From IMG/VR virus record IMGVR_UViG_3300045988_110026: a DNA stretch of 64,000 bases; one strand, written 5' to 3'. How positions within the stretch are numbered: the first letter of the stretch is position 1; every line of letters begins with the position of its first letter. The translations under genes and the position numbers were made by a program. This DNA comes from a virus. The notes under the pieces were generated by a model, which was not told the DNA's origin, searched no databases, and worked only from the letters and a program-made list of their open reading frames with translations. This document shows positions 38,071 to 48,310 of this stretch, piece after piece.

Positions 38071-38547
38071 CTATGATTTTAATATGGCGTCTACAAACTC
38101 CGTTATTTTATCAACGGATTCTTTTGATAAGGTATATCTTCCCCAATCCCATCTAAAATGTGCTTTTGGGAGATTTTTAGTAGAATATTTTTCATTTCCG
38201 TCCTTGTTAGTCCATTCGTAATTATCCTCTGGATCCGCCACTTTTATCCCCGATTTAGGTCCGTTACGAAAGCTATATAGCATTCTTATAACCGATTCAA
38301 AATCCGAACCTATATCAAATAGCATATGATACACCTTGTTTATTAAAGCCCTATCAGCTTGTTCCAAGTCTTCACCAAACAACTCTCTTACACTCCAATT
38401 TTTCATTTCTGAATAACGAATGAAATTAAGTTTCCCTTTTTCTATATTAGGATCTTTTCTTGATAATACAAGCTCCAAATCTTTCACAAATGATTCTTTT
38501 AGTTTCTGTTGTCCTAACAAGGCGGTGTATTTGCTTACTATATCCAT
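38071..38547 (-). CDS. hypothetical protein
   Basis: 158 aa. Confidence 0.45.
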   Translation of the reverse strand: MDIVSKYTALLGQQKLKESFVKDLELVLSRKDPNIEKGKLNFIRYSEMKNWSVRELFGEDLEQADRALINKVYHMLFDIGSDFESVIRMLYSFRNGPKSGIKVADPEDNYEWTNKDGNEKYSTKNLPKAHFRWDWGRYTLSKESVDKITEFVDAILKS

Positions 38548-38918
38548 TATCCAAAGTTTTTTAATATTGCTCCAAACGAATCATATTTAATCCCTAATGT
38601 ATCATGTGCCTTTTGGGATCCACATTCACATTCACCAACTCTTGCGCCGGACCCACACTCGCATAAGTCTATTCCCCAATGGTTGACGCAGTGGTTGCAG
38701 CAGCAGGACTGGTGAAGCCATGTGGCATCACCAGCATCCAAATCCAATTTTTCAAATGTTTCCCAAAACATGCTATTCGAAGCACCATTATCAAAGCTGA
38801 TAGTGACTGCGCCGCATTTACATTTTTGTATGTATTCTATTTTCATATATGTTCCATTTTCAAAATTTCTGGGGACAGATATTCTTGTAACTCCAATTTG
38901 CGTATTGGAACAAGACAA
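38547..38918 (-). CDS. Cys-rich protein
   Basis: 123 aa, many Cys/His. Confidence 0.45.
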   Translation of the reverse strand: MSCSNTQIGVTRISVPRNFENGTYMKIEYIQKCKCGAVTISFDNGASNSMFWETFEKLDLDAGDATWLHQSCCCNHCVNHWGIDLCECGSGARVGECECGSQKAHDTLGIKYDSFGAILKNFG

Positions 38919-39091
38919 TCCAGATGTTTAGCGTCCATTTCTTGCCTATTCTCATCTACCCACATTAAAGTATCTTTACTGCTACATTCCGGGCATTTGT
39001 CAGCTCCACGTGGAAGAAGCATTTGTGCTCCACATTGAGTACATCTCACCCAGTCTCCATGCTGCACCCCTTCGTATGTTCTTGTTTTCAT
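38843..39091 (-). CDS. zinc-ribbon protein (start uncertain)
   Basis: CTQCG...CPEC; overlaps the downstream gene by 76 bp. Confidence 0.35.
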   Translation of the reverse strand: MKTRTYEGVQHGDWVRCTQCGAQMLLPRGADKCPECSSKDTLMWVDENRQEMDAKHLDCLVPIRKLELQEYLSPEILKMEHI

Positions 39092-39093
39092 AT

Positions 39094-39288
39094 TTATTGT
39101 TTATCATTTATAACATTTACTTCTTCGCTCCACAAATGTCTCTTATATATCGGAGTGATGCCGATCAGAATACCACTATCTTCGCCCCAATACTGAAGTG
39201 TTTTAGGCTCAATTTTATGATGCAATTCTTGTATTCCTCCTTTGTTTCTGTCATAAGGAGAAAAATCAGATAATTTTACCGTTTTCAT
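39094..39288 (-). CDS. hypothetical protein
   Basis: 64 aa. Confidence 0.35.
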   Translation of the reverse strand: MKTVKLSDFSPYDRNKGGIQELHHKIEPKTLQYWGEDSGILIGITPIYKRHLWSEEVNVINDKQ

Positions 39289-40019
39289 TTTTCTGGATTT
39301 TCAGCAGTTCCTAAAAGATATTCATTGCCCTCAAAAGGAATGCAATAAACATACACTGTTCCATTCAAGCATTCATATTTAGTCTCCCCATCCTGATCGT
39401 CTGTAATTGTTCTTATGAATAAACTGGCCTCCCAATTATCGTCCTCATAATATTTTGCTAACACTTTGTCAAACGGCTTAAACTCATATTTCGGCTTTTC
39501 TTCAATCCCGAAGAAGCGTTTTAGATATTCTTTTGCTTTAGGATTTTTGCTTTTCTTTAACGCTTTAATCATCCTCTGTTTTTCCGAATCTGTTGCAAGT
39601 CTATAGCATTCTATTTTGTTATTACATGCAGCAAGATTATCCGATATATTAAGACCTGTTCTCGCTGCAAGACTCGCATAAAAAGATGTTAAATATTTCC
39701 CATGTATATTTAAAATAAAAATAAAACTTCCATCTTCGTTGCTTAACACCTCTCCATCTTTAAATGTAATATATTCTGGAACTTCAAGAAGGAGGCGATT
39801 TTCGCCGCTAATTGCTTTTCCTGTAGCAGAAAACCAATCTGCCGATACAGAAATCGAATGAATTACAACCAATAACGGACAAATTGACGAATTGTCTTCA
39901 TATACGATTTCTGCTCTATTTCGTCCTTTCTCTGTCACAATACGACCTGCTATTTCCCCTATGTTTATTTTTTTCGCCGTTTCTAAATCAAACGGAATTG
40001 TTGCTGTTCTCTGTTCCAT
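39285..40019 (-). CDS. hypothetical protein, tandem paralogue A
   Basis: 244 aa; shares end-to-end similarity with the adjacent 247-aa ORF (IPFDLETAKKINIGEI...YECLNGTVYVYCIPFEGNEYLLGT). Confidence 0.55.
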   Translation of the reverse strand: MEQRTATIPFDLETAKKINIGEIAGRIVTEKGRNRAEIVYEDNSSICPLLVVIHSISVSADWFSATGKAISGENRLLLEVPEYITFKDGEVLSNEDGSFIFILNIHGKYLTSFYASLAARTGLNISDNLAACNNKIECYRLATDSEKQRMIKALKKSKNPKAKEYLKRFFGIEEKPKYEFKPFDKVLAKYYEDDNWEASLFIRTITDDQDGETKYECLNGTVYVYCIPFEGNEYLLGTAENPEK

Positions 40020-40023
40020 GATC

Positions 40024-40767
40024 TTATTTGCTTTTATTAGTTCCTAAAAGATGCTCATTTCCTTGGTATGGAATACACTCTTTGTATCTCAAACCTCCCA
40101 AGCATTCATATTTGTATTCTTCTTCTCTTACTCTGGCAAATAAGTGTAGATTCCAATTTCCCAAATTGCTTGCTCTCACCAAGACTTGATCGAATGGCTT
40201 AAAATCGCATTTCTTTTCTTTAGTCAGCAAGTATTCGTACTCACTTAGATATTGTTTTATTATTCCTGCTTTTTTAAGGTTTTCTGTATTAGCAATTCTT
40301 TCAGCAAAAGATTTTTTCTCTTCCTCTGTGGCTAATCTAACATACTTGGATTTATCCTCACCACACACACTTGTCCATATTGGAACTTCTTCAGATGTAA
40401 TCTCGCCATATGCCGATATACCATATATGCATCCCATATCTCCTTCTCTATTAATAATACCATTATATATAAATGGGTTCCCAAGCGTGCTTATTAATAC
40501 ATCTCCTTTCTTAAAATACGCTCCAGCCTCTACTTCCAATTCCAGAACGTTGTTGAAAAAAGTACGACCTTCTGTATCGGCATATATAGCACTTATCCCA
40601 GATTCATCTTTTTTTACAAAAAGTAAATTATAACGATCTGCACAGTCTTTTGACTCATATACAAATTCTATTTTAATATTACCAATTAATACTGAACCTT
40701 CTATTTCTCCGCTTTTAATTTTTCTCGCCGTATTTAAATCAAACGGAACAATAATTGGATTTTCCAT
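40024..40767 (-). CDS. hypothetical protein, tandem paralogue B
   Basis: 247 aa (VPFDLNTARKIKSGEI...YECLGGLRYKECIPYQGNEHLLGT). Confidence 0.55.
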   Translation of the reverse strand: MENPIIVPFDLNTARKIKSGEIEGSVLIGNIKIEFVYESKDCADRYNLLFVKKDESGISAIYADTEGRTFFNNVLELEVEAGAYFKKGDVLISTLGNPFIYNGIINREGDMGCIYGISAYGEITSEEVPIWTSVCGEDKSKYVRLATEEEKKSFAERIANTENLKKAGIIKQYLSEYEYLLTKEKKCDFKPFDQVLVRASNLGNWNLHLFARVREEEYKYECLGGLRYKECIPYQGNEHLLGTNKSK

Positions 40768-40813
40768 ATCTTTTTATTTTTAATTATGTAATCAATAAAA
40801 CAAGATGGGTTAC

Positions 40814-41875
40814 TTAAACCCATCCCAGTTGTTTTGCTATTCTCTCCATTTCGTTATATGCTATCCTATGACATCCAGCGGTTAGCAAATCGTTTTCGTA
40901 CCGATTTAGACTCCACTGGTGACCGGTGATGTCCTCCACCAGACCGTGCCGAAACTCGGCGCCCCGGTGCATTGCCGACACAGCCCGCCACAGTTTTCTG
41001 GCTTCTGCTATTCCAATCTTTATCTGTTTACTTGTCTCAATAATATTTCCTTTTATACGAATCCAGGCGTTAGGTTTTTCACCAGGAATATAGAAAGGTG
41101 TATTCAAGAAATTGATTTCTCCTGACTTCCACTCTTCCAGTTTTTCATCAAAATCCTTGTAACGGGCTTCTTCTTCCTTTCTTAATCTCTCTAATTTTAT
41201 TCTTTCTCTTTCTTCCTCACCCTTTCTCCATCTTTCAGATCTTTCTGAATACTTAATCCATGTACCTTCCCCGCAAACTTCATCAACAATCACATTTACG
41301 GTCCCTAACACTTTTAATCCTTGATGATCCAATAAAATTTGAAAGATGCGTTTTAATTCATGTACGTGCTTACGCTTGATACTATCTCCGCTCTTGGATA
41401 ATTCATGATTGGTTCCAAGCCAATCATTAGCACTCTTTTTAAGGATACTCTTAGCAGTTCCCATGTTAAAGAACTGAATGTAATCCATCATATTCCCAAA
41501 AGCGCCCCAAATATCTGTATAAGATAATTCTGTTTTAGCTCTTTTGTATTTTTCAATAGACTTCTTAATTGATTCCAGTTTGCTGGCAACAAACCTCATA
41601 TTACCAGTATCCGATATATTATCCCCTACACTGAAAACCATTGCCCAAGTTGGTATCGCATTACGAACATAGAATTGATGTTTGCTCGTGGTAACAGAAT
41701 AATAATCTTCATTTATCAGGTATGCTTTCTTCCCTTGTTTGTTTTTTACTATTCTCCCGACTTCAAAGTGATGCCCATAAGAATAAATACTTGTACCTTC
41801 AAAGAAGAAATTGCTCCCTGATGCTGATTCTTCTTGTTCATGAGCCCACAAGTGAGCGACCATTGAATTGTTCAT
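40814..41875 (-). CDS. hypothetical protein
   Basis: 353 aa; internal Arg/Glu-rich helix. Confidence 0.5.
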   Translation of the reverse strand: MNNSMVAHLWAHEQEESASGSNFFFEGTSIYSYGHHFEVGRIVKNKQGKKAYLINEDYYSVTTSKHQFYVRNAIPTWAMVFSVGDNISDTGNMRFVASKLESIKKSIEKYKRAKTELSYTDIWGAFGNMMDYIQFFNMGTAKSILKKSANDWLGTNHELSKSGDSIKRKHVHELKRIFQILLDHQGLKVLGTVNVIVDEVCGEGTWIKYSERSERWRKGEEERERIKLERLRKEEEARYKDFDEKLEEWKSGEINFLNTPFYIPGEKPNAWIRIKGNIIETSKQIKIGIAEARKLWRAVSAMHRGAEFRHGLVEDITGHQWSLNRYENDLLTAGCHRIAYNEMERIAKQLGWV

Positions 41876-41887
41876 ATAAATATCTTT

Positions 41888-42202
41888 TTAATTGTTTAAC
41901 TTACCTTTATCATATGACATTCTCTTTTCGTATTTTTCAATACGTTCGGTTATCATATCGCAGAAGACTTGCCCCTCTTTTTCGGAACCTCTGAAGTAAC
42001 CAACCATCTTCAGAATATTTCCGTCAAATTCATGGACAAACTTGTTATAATAATGTTCACCCATAACTTTCCCGTATTTTCCCATAAACAAATCCTTGTC
42101 TAACGACTCATCCTTGAAACAACGGTTGTAATCCCATCTTACAATACGAAACAATGTTTCAAAATCCAATCTTTCCATATCCTGTATTTTATTTAAGCTC
42201 AA
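41888..42202 (-). CDS. hypothetical protein
   Basis: 104 aa. Confidence 0.45.
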   Translation of the reverse strand: MSLNKIQDMERLDFETLFRIVRWDYNRCFKDESLDKDLFMGKYGKVMGEHYYNKFVHEFDGNILKMVGYFRGSEKEGQVFCDMITERIEKYEKRMSYDKGKLNN

Positions 42203-43085
42203 ACTTAATACCTTCCGGCAACTGAGAGCGGTCTACCTTATTCACAAAATCATCAAACTCTTCCTGTGTGATTTTTTCTCCATAACCGTTCCAGTTGAAA
42301 GACAAAGTGTTCGTGTGAGAATAATATATAACATTATCGGTAGACAACCCATAATCAAACACACAGAGCATTATCTTCTTTTCTGCTTCTGCTTGTCTGA
42401 TTTTCTTATCGTATCGCTCACAAATTTCAGCACGTTTTGCCGCCATCTTTGCTTTATGGGCTTCCACTCTGCGTTTCTCTATATTTTCTGAGGAATAATG
42501 CCCGGCTTTAATACGCTCTTCAATAAGAGATCGTTCCTCGTCCGTTAGTGTTAAAACAAATCTTTCTTCTTCCGGCTTATATGGATTAACCCACTTCTTA
42601 CCACACAATTTTTCAAGTTCCGCAATAAGTTCTTCTGATTCTCTTTTCCATCTATCCACGATCCCCAGATTGAAAAGCATATACCTGAAATACAACTTAT
42701 CCTCAGAGGCTTTATATAATTCTACGCATTCTTGTTCTGATATACGCAAATACTCCATTGCCACAGACATACCGCTTCTTCTAACGTGATATATGCCATT
42801 TTCCACCGGATACATAGGAGCACCATAATGGTTACAAAGATGCAACGATATGAATTTTGCCAATTCCGGAAAATGTTTTGCAACTTCATCATGGCAGCAG
42901 CCTCCTAAGTAATCCTCATATTTTCCATGCTTGTTTTTCCAGTCAACGTCGGCTGTTATACTCCAGTCGCATATGTTATTTTTGCAGTCATCATCCAAAG
43001 AGATTCTAACTGTTATTCTATAATCTTCTTCATTTTCTGTAAAGAATTTTGTACCTGAATAAAACAGTTTGTTTGTAGTTTCCAT
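42189..43085 (-). CDS. hypothetical protein
   Basis: 298 aa. Confidence 0.5.
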   Translation of the reverse strand: METTNKLFYSGTKFFTENEEDYRITVRISLDDDCKNNICDWSITADVDWKNKHGKYEDYLGGCCHDEVAKHFPELAKFISLHLCNHYGAPMYPVENGIYHVRRSGMSVAMEYLRISEQECVELYKASEDKLYFRYMLFNLGIVDRWKRESEELIAELEKLCGKKWVNPYKPEEERFVLTLTDEERSLIEERIKAGHYSSENIEKRRVEAHKAKMAAKRAEICERYDKKIRQAEAEKKIMLCVFDYGLSTDNVIYYSHTNTLSFNWNGYGEKITQEEFDDFVNKVDRSQLPEGIKFELK

Positions 43086-43096
43086 ATTATTTCAAT

Positions 43097-43333
43097 TTAA
43101 TCATTACACTTATGAAAAATAAAATCTGCACACTCTCCGGGAAGTGTTCCTGCGTCATTACAACGGTAAAACCCTTGTGTTTCCAAATCTACATCTACCG
43201 GATAACCTTCTGCTGCTTCCAAGAAGCGTTGGATTTCCTCACATTCTTCATCCGTTAATCCAGTGTAATCATCATTGATTAACGGGCAAGCCCAATAAGA
43301 GGGCAACCTGTATCTTATTACTTTTATGCTCAT
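43097..43333 (-). CDS. hypothetical protein
   Basis: 78 aa. Confidence 0.4.
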   Translation of the reverse strand: MSIKVIRYRLPSYWACPLINDDYTGLTDEECEEIQRFLEAAEGYPVDVDLETQGFYRCNDAGTLPGECADFIFHKCND

Positions 43334-43722
43334 AGTTTTATTAATCTACAGTTACTATCTTCAAATACCGGAACCTTCCCTTGTTCTCTAAAATAAGCAG
43401 TGGCCACCTTGAAAGCATAAAGCGGATTTACTTTCTGGATTTCTTGTTGTGATTTATAGAAAGATAGCGGCTTACATACATAGAAATTTTCATTGCCAAG
43501 ACTCCCAAAAAGCCAATCCATACTGCCTTCATCACAATTAGTGCCACCCAATATTATTAAATCACATCCGGTCTTCCGGGTTCCAAGAATAAATATCTTA
43601 TTCCTGTTTTCCGGTTGCATAAATATCTCCCTGTCAATCCTAAACCAGTCATTCTGGCAACTCTCCACATCCCGGCGAACAATTTCGTCAATTTCAAGTG
43701 CGTATTCTTCTTGTGTTTTCAT
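43330..43722 (-). CDS. hypothetical protein; weak nucleoside 2-deoxyribosyltransferase / SLOG-like signature
   Basis: CDLIILGGTNCDEGSMDWLFGSLGNENFYVCKP loosely resembles the Rossmann-like D.GT..E.G.A...KPV pattern; speculative. Confidence 0.4.
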   Translation of the reverse strand: MKTQEEYALEIDEIVRRDVESCQNDWFRIDREIFMQPENRNKIFILGTRKTGCDLIILGGTNCDEGSMDWLFGSLGNENFYVCKPLSFYKSQQEIQKVNPLYAFKVATAYFREQGKVPVFEDSNCRLIKL

Positions 43723-43730
43723 AAAATATG

Positions 43731-44249
43731 TTATAAAAAATGATAAATGAATATTCCTCTTATTTTAATGACGGTTCCAGGCTTTAAACCTTGAACCCAT
43801 TCTATTAGTGTTATTGGATCTTTTACAACATATCCCGGATATGAATCAATGCAAATACGATACGCGTATCTGCAAATCCCATATTTTATTACATAAATAA
43901 GATTATGCCCATTCATATCTTTGTTAACATTCATTTTATCTACCCCATTTTGTATAGCACGCATCCATTCCTCTTTTACATCTTCTATATTACCATTATA
44001 TATAATTTCATCATCAACTTCCCCCTTTTCAAATATTTTACCAAGACAAGGGTCATTTAATAAATCCTTGATCTCACTCTTTCTGTCACATTCTCGTATT
44101 TCTTTCGTGTAATCTATAGATGTGTTATTATAGGAGATTTCCCCATCCATGTATCTCCCTGTATATTTCGACTTTTCTTCTAATTCAAATATTATTCCAT
44201 TCATAAAGCATTTTTTAAATGTAGTTATATAACTTCTGAATAAAATCAC
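43731..44249 (-). CDS. hypothetical protein
   Basis: 172 aa. Confidence 0.45.
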   Translation of the reverse strand: MILFRSYITTFKKCFMNGIIFELEEKSKYTGRYMDGEISYNNTSIDYTKEIRECDRKSEIKDLLNDPCLGKIFEKGEVDDEIIYNGNIEDVKEEWMRAIQNGVDKMNVNKDMNGHNLIYVIKYGICRYAYRICIDSYPGYVVKDPITLIEWVQGLKPGTVIKIRGIFIYHFL

Positions 44250-44580
44250 TCATGGTATTGGCATGTTCTCTAAGATCATACCAGTCCATTTCTTCAATAT
44301 CCCAAGGTCTATTCTCCTTTATATGTGGATAGAATACGTTTGTGTCCCCTATCTCCAAATTAATCAACTCATCTATTATCGATTCCGGTTTGCCAACAAT
44401 GAAATACCAATGCGTCGAAATCTCTTCTTTATCAAATTCTTCCCATTCATTATTCCAAAACTCTTTTGATGTCATGGATGGGCACTCACTCATTAACTTC
44501 TCCCAAGCCTTCTTATCTTTGTTTCTAGACCAATAGACTTCTCTGTTTTGCTCTGTAATAGGAATTTTTATTATTTTCAT
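44215..44580 (-). CDS. hypothetical protein
   Basis: 121 aa. Confidence 0.45.
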   Translation of the reverse strand: MKIIKIPITEQNREVYWSRNKDKKAWEKLMSECPSMTSKEFWNNEWEEFDKEEISTHWYFIVGKPESIIDELINLEIGDTNVFYPHIKENRPWDIEEMDWYDLREHANTMSDFIQKLYNYI

Positions 44581-44593
44581 ATCTGTATAGGTT

Positions 44594-45007
44594 TTAAAAG
44601 AAACTCCAACAAAATGTTACGATAAATCCTCCCACTCCGTATTCAGCAAGTTGCTTAAACGATTCTATCCCATTGCAATAACAAAAAACATCATCATTGT
44701 CATCATCGTTGATGCTCAATGATAGTTTTATTGTCTTTCTTTGTTCATCTCCTGTCTCTTTCCGTACAATCTGACATTCTACGTATTCAGGCTCCTTACC
44801 TGTTTTTTCTACAAATTCATGAAACCTTAAATCAATTTCATGTTTGACTCCTTCAATGTTGGATATTATCACCTCGTTTTCACAATTCGAGCAAATAGCA
44901 TGCATGAAAGATTCATCAAGATAATCTATTATTTTTCCAGTATTCGGATTTACTATGGCTTCACAGACAACATTTGTTCCACCACATCTTGTACATATAT
45001 ATCCCAT
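44594..45007 (-). CDS. zinc-ribbon protein
   Basis: CTRCGG...CSNC. Confidence 0.45.
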   Translation of the reverse strand: MGYICTRCGGTNVVCEAIVNPNTGKIIDYLDESFMHAICSNCENEVIISNIEGVKHEIDLRFHEFVEKTGKEPEYVECQIVRKETGDEQRKTIKLSLSINDDDNDDVFCYCNGIESFKQLAEYGVGGFIVTFCWSFF

Positions 45008-45151
45008 AATTATCTGTTTTTAAAATGTTCAACAATTTCATCTACTGTAGCATTACGCCACGCAGAGCAGGCCGCGTCTCCTCTGAACCGGAACTCTTCG
45101 CGCTTTACCCACCTGTCTCCTGCGGCGTCCGTCACTATCAGCCATTACAAC

Positions 45152-45952
45152 CTATTCTTCTAAGCCATTCTCTATCATGACTTCCTTTATCAATTCATCT
45201 GTCTCCTCGTAACATCCCCAGCAAGAATCAACCTCTTCCCATTCTTCGCAATCTTCATCCTCTCTTGATTCGTCTTTGTATTTCTTGGTAAATGCTACCT
45301 TCTTTTCAAGAACGTACCCTTTTACATCTCCCCACATCCACATACCTATGGATTTCACTTCATCATCAATCAATTTGTCAATTTGGGTTTTCCAATCGGA
45401 AGTATTATTACTAACCATTTTTGTGTACCTCTCCTTTGTACAGAAAGCTATACCTTTAACATAATCCCCTTGACTGTATCCTGTTGTGGACCATTCTTTG
45501 ACAAATATATCTTTGCCTAAGTCTGAAAGAATCTGAATCAATTCTTCACATCCTAAGTCTTCTATAAATTCATACGTATAATCATACGTGTAAAGATCTG
45601 ATGGAGAAATGCTAAAAATTTCTTTATAATACCACATTTTATCATGGTTATCATATCTCAGTTGATAACCGTCAATCTTGCCTTTCTTAAAATAATTCAG
45701 CAAGTCTTTCCATTTAACATATTTACTAATAAGTTTATGTAGTGCATCTATAAGCGAGTGTCGACTATCTCCGTATTTACCAAATACTTCTCTCCAATCG
45801 CACACATCTTGCAGTTGGTATGAATCGCTATATTCCCATAAGAAACATGCTGCCATATCCCAACTTTTACAAGGACATTCCATGTCAGTATCATAGTATA
45901 TTTTTATACGATAATTCCCTACTTCTTTTGTTGTAATAAGTCTGTCTTCCAT
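45152..45952 (-). CDS. hypothetical protein
   Basis: 266 aa. Confidence 0.5.
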   Translation of the reverse strand: MEDRLITTKEVGNYRIKIYYDTDMECPCKSWDMAACFLWEYSDSYQLQDVCDWREVFGKYGDSRHSLIDALHKLISKYVKWKDLLNYFKKGKIDGYQLRYDNHDKMWYYKEIFSISPSDLYTYDYTYEFIEDLGCEELIQILSDLGKDIFVKEWSTTGYSQGDYVKGIAFCTKERYTKMVSNNTSDWKTQIDKLIDDEVKSIGMWMWGDVKGYVLEKKVAFTKKYKDESREDEDCEEWEEVDSCWGCYEETDELIKEVMIENGLEE

Positions 45953-45956
45953 GTCT

Positions 45957-46241
45957 TTATATTTTACACAAAGTGAATACTATATATCTAACACCATAAC
46001 TGTTATGTTTATATGATACCGAGAAACCCTCAGAACGAGCAAAATCAATTGCCACTTGTTCATGTGCCATACGGATCGTGTTATCGTTAGGCGATACATC
46101 GGTTTCTCTAATATGCTTGTCGCAAATAAAACTTGCATATCCATACGCCTTAATTAGACGAGAGATTTTACTAATAAATTCGTCCTTACTAAATGGTATT
46201 TCTTGCGCTATTTCCATACGCAATTTTTCTGCTGCTGTCAT
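45957..46241 (-). CDS. hypothetical protein
   Basis: 94 aa. Confidence 0.4.
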   Translation of the reverse strand: MTAAEKLRMEIAQEIPFSKDEFISKISRLIKAYGYASFICDKHIRETDVSPNDNTIRMAHEQVAIDFARSEGFSVSYKHNSYGVRYIVFTLCKI

Positions 46242-46432
46242 AATATTAATTTGTTATTCTATATCAATTATTCCATACTCTGCCACTTCCAACACATCCT
46301 GCACTATTTCCGGATAGTCAGTCGTATCTAACGAAGCATCTTGAACGTATGCTTCCGCTAATTTCTTGGCTTCTTCAAACGATTCGGCTTGTATATATAA
46401 GTCAAGCGTCAATGAAAACGGGTATAACATAG

Positions 46433-46747
46433 CTAATCGGTTATTCTGTAATAATAATCAAGTTCTTCTCCCTTAAAATTGTTCATGGCATACTCGTCGG
46501 CTTCTCGCCATAACCGGTCATACAATGCAGCCAGTTTGCGATTGCTTTCATAATGTTGCCAGATTTTATGATTCAATACGAGCGTTAATTCCGTGAAAAA
46601 CTTATAATTACCTTTCCATTCACTGAATGCACGTTTGTAGGTATCTTTGACACCTGCTACACCATACTTGTCGGCTATGCTGAAATCTTCCCAAAAGGTA
46701 GTTATCAGGTCATAGCCGTTCTCCTGCATAAATTCTCGAAATGTCAT
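46433..46747 (-). CDS. hypothetical protein
   Basis: 104 aa. Confidence 0.45.
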   Translation of the reverse strand: MTFREFMQENGYDLITTFWEDFSIADKYGVAGVKDTYKRAFSEWKGNYKFFTELTLVLNHKIWQHYESNRKLAALYDRLWREADEYAMNNFKGEELDYYYRITD

Positions 46748-46781
46748 AAGCTATTATTTTAATCTTCTTTTTACATTATGC

Positions 46782-47027
46782 TTACTTTTTCCAGCACCAA
46801 AAATTCACAGCATATTTCCCAGTAGTTATAAATATCTTATCCCCTCCTATCTCCGCAAGTATGTTCTTTCCAAATATCCTTGTAAGAAGCGGTATGTACT
46901 TTGCATCTATAGGTAAATCCTGGGTTTCTTTTATAGGTCTATATGGCACAAACGCTTTGTTCTCATATACCATCTCAATATACAATCCATCCGGTGATTC
47001 AAATACGTCTTTTCTTTTCTGCCTCAT
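46782..47027 (-). CDS. hypothetical protein
   Basis: 81 aa. Confidence 0.4.
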   Translation of the reverse strand: MRQKRKDVFESPDGLYIEMVYENKAFVPYRPIKETQDLPIDAKYIPLLTRIFGKNILAEIGGDKIFITTGKYAVNFWCWKK

Positions 47028-47057
47028 CCCAGACCGTATTATCTGTTCTTTCCAAGA

Positions 47058-47537
47058 TTAAATATATGATTTTCTACGGGTCTCATTTATCTTATTAATA
47101 ACCTCTTCCTTAAATTCGTAATACTCATATATATGACCTTTGTAGTCAGCTATCATTTCTTCAATCTTACTTTCGGATGCCCATAACCCACAATACACAT
47201 AGCAATCCAGTAATCTATCTACTGAAGAAACACCGATCAACATCATCTTAGAAAATGGATTCCCTTCTTTTTCCAATTCTTCTCTTGCTCTGTCTGTCAC
47301 TGCATCCCACCATTGCCCTTCACACTTCTCTATCTCCCCGTTGTCAAGTACTATATCGAACTTTCTACCTCCGAAAGCTTCTCTTCTCTCATTTCTCTTT
47401 GCAAGGAAATCATAGAATATACCTCCTATCCTTCCAATAATGGTATCATCTCCGTACTTTGTGCTAATTTTATCAGGCATTTCGTCGAAGACAAGAAACT
47501 TCGATTTTCCTGACTCTACTAAGTATAATAGCTTCAT
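47058..47537 (-). CDS. hypothetical protein
   Basis: 159 aa. Confidence 0.45.
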   Translation of the reverse strand: MKLLYLVESGKSKFLVFDEMPDKISTKYGDDTIIGRIGGIFYDFLAKRNERREAFGGRKFDIVLDNGEIEKCEGQWWDAVTDRAREELEKEGNPFSKMMLIGVSSVDRLLDCYVYCGLWASESKIEEMIADYKGHIYEYYEFKEEVINKINETRRKSYI

Positions 47538-47548
47538 GATTTATCTCT

Positions 47549-48028
47549 TTAAATGTAAGTTATGCTGCCAACATTAATCTGCATTATATCGTTTTCCAGC
47601 GTAATGAAATTATTTTGTTTTATGGGTCCAAACATCAATCCATATACACTTACTGTATTAAACAGCCTAACAGTGTGAAAATCTTCATTTAGCTCTACCC
47701 TGTTTTTATCCCAATATCCCAAATCGTTGATAGTTGCCGGGAATCCTCCTACGTCGTTATACTTATAGTAATCGTTTTGATTAAAAATGATTCCCTTTAT
47801 TAACAGGTTCCCGATGCTTTTCATGTTGAATCCGGACAACGCGATCTGCTCTGAGATATAACTAATCAAACAGTTATGATACGTGTTTGGCTTATCTCCT
47901 CTCTCGTTAATAATTTTCTTCCATTTCTTCGTTAATGGAACCCTAATATCCATATATGTACCAAATACGACTATGTTAGGACATTCTCCTTCAAACTTCG
48001 TTAAATCTTCTACTCTCATAATTAACAA
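47549..48028 (-). CDS. hypothetical protein
   Basis: 159 aa. Confidence 0.45.
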   Translation of the reverse strand: MLIMRVEDLTKFEGECPNIVVFGTYMDIRVPLTKKWKKIINERGDKPNTYHNCLISYISEQIALSGFNMKSIGNLLIKGIIFNQNDYYKYNDVGGFPATINDLGYWDKNRVELNEDFHTVRLFNTVSVYGLMFGPIKQNNFITLENDIMQINVGSITYI

Positions 48029-48121
48029 ACATTTGTATTGTTTTCGTTGTTCACTATCTGACTAATGTACGGACCTGGCCACAGACAGCCAGGCCGACCT
48101 CATGGCAGGGCAGGCGCCGCC

Positions 48122-48310
48122 TTACTCTGGCTGTTCTACCCACTCCCTGTATCCTACATTAAAACCAATAGGATCATACCTTTTGATCATAGTGCCATAA
48201 TTCTCTCTACCGCAATACCTGTTCTTTCCTCCAATGATCCATCTCTCATCGTCTCTATCTGGAGATATTGAGTTAAGATACTTCTCATAATCTTTTCTAC
48301 TCTTTCCCAT
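48122..48310 (-). CDS. hypothetical protein
   Basis: 62 aa. Confidence 0.35.
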   Translation of the reverse strand: MGKSRKDYEKYLNSISPDRDDERWIIGGKNRYCGRENYGTMIKRYDPIGFNVGYREWVEQPE

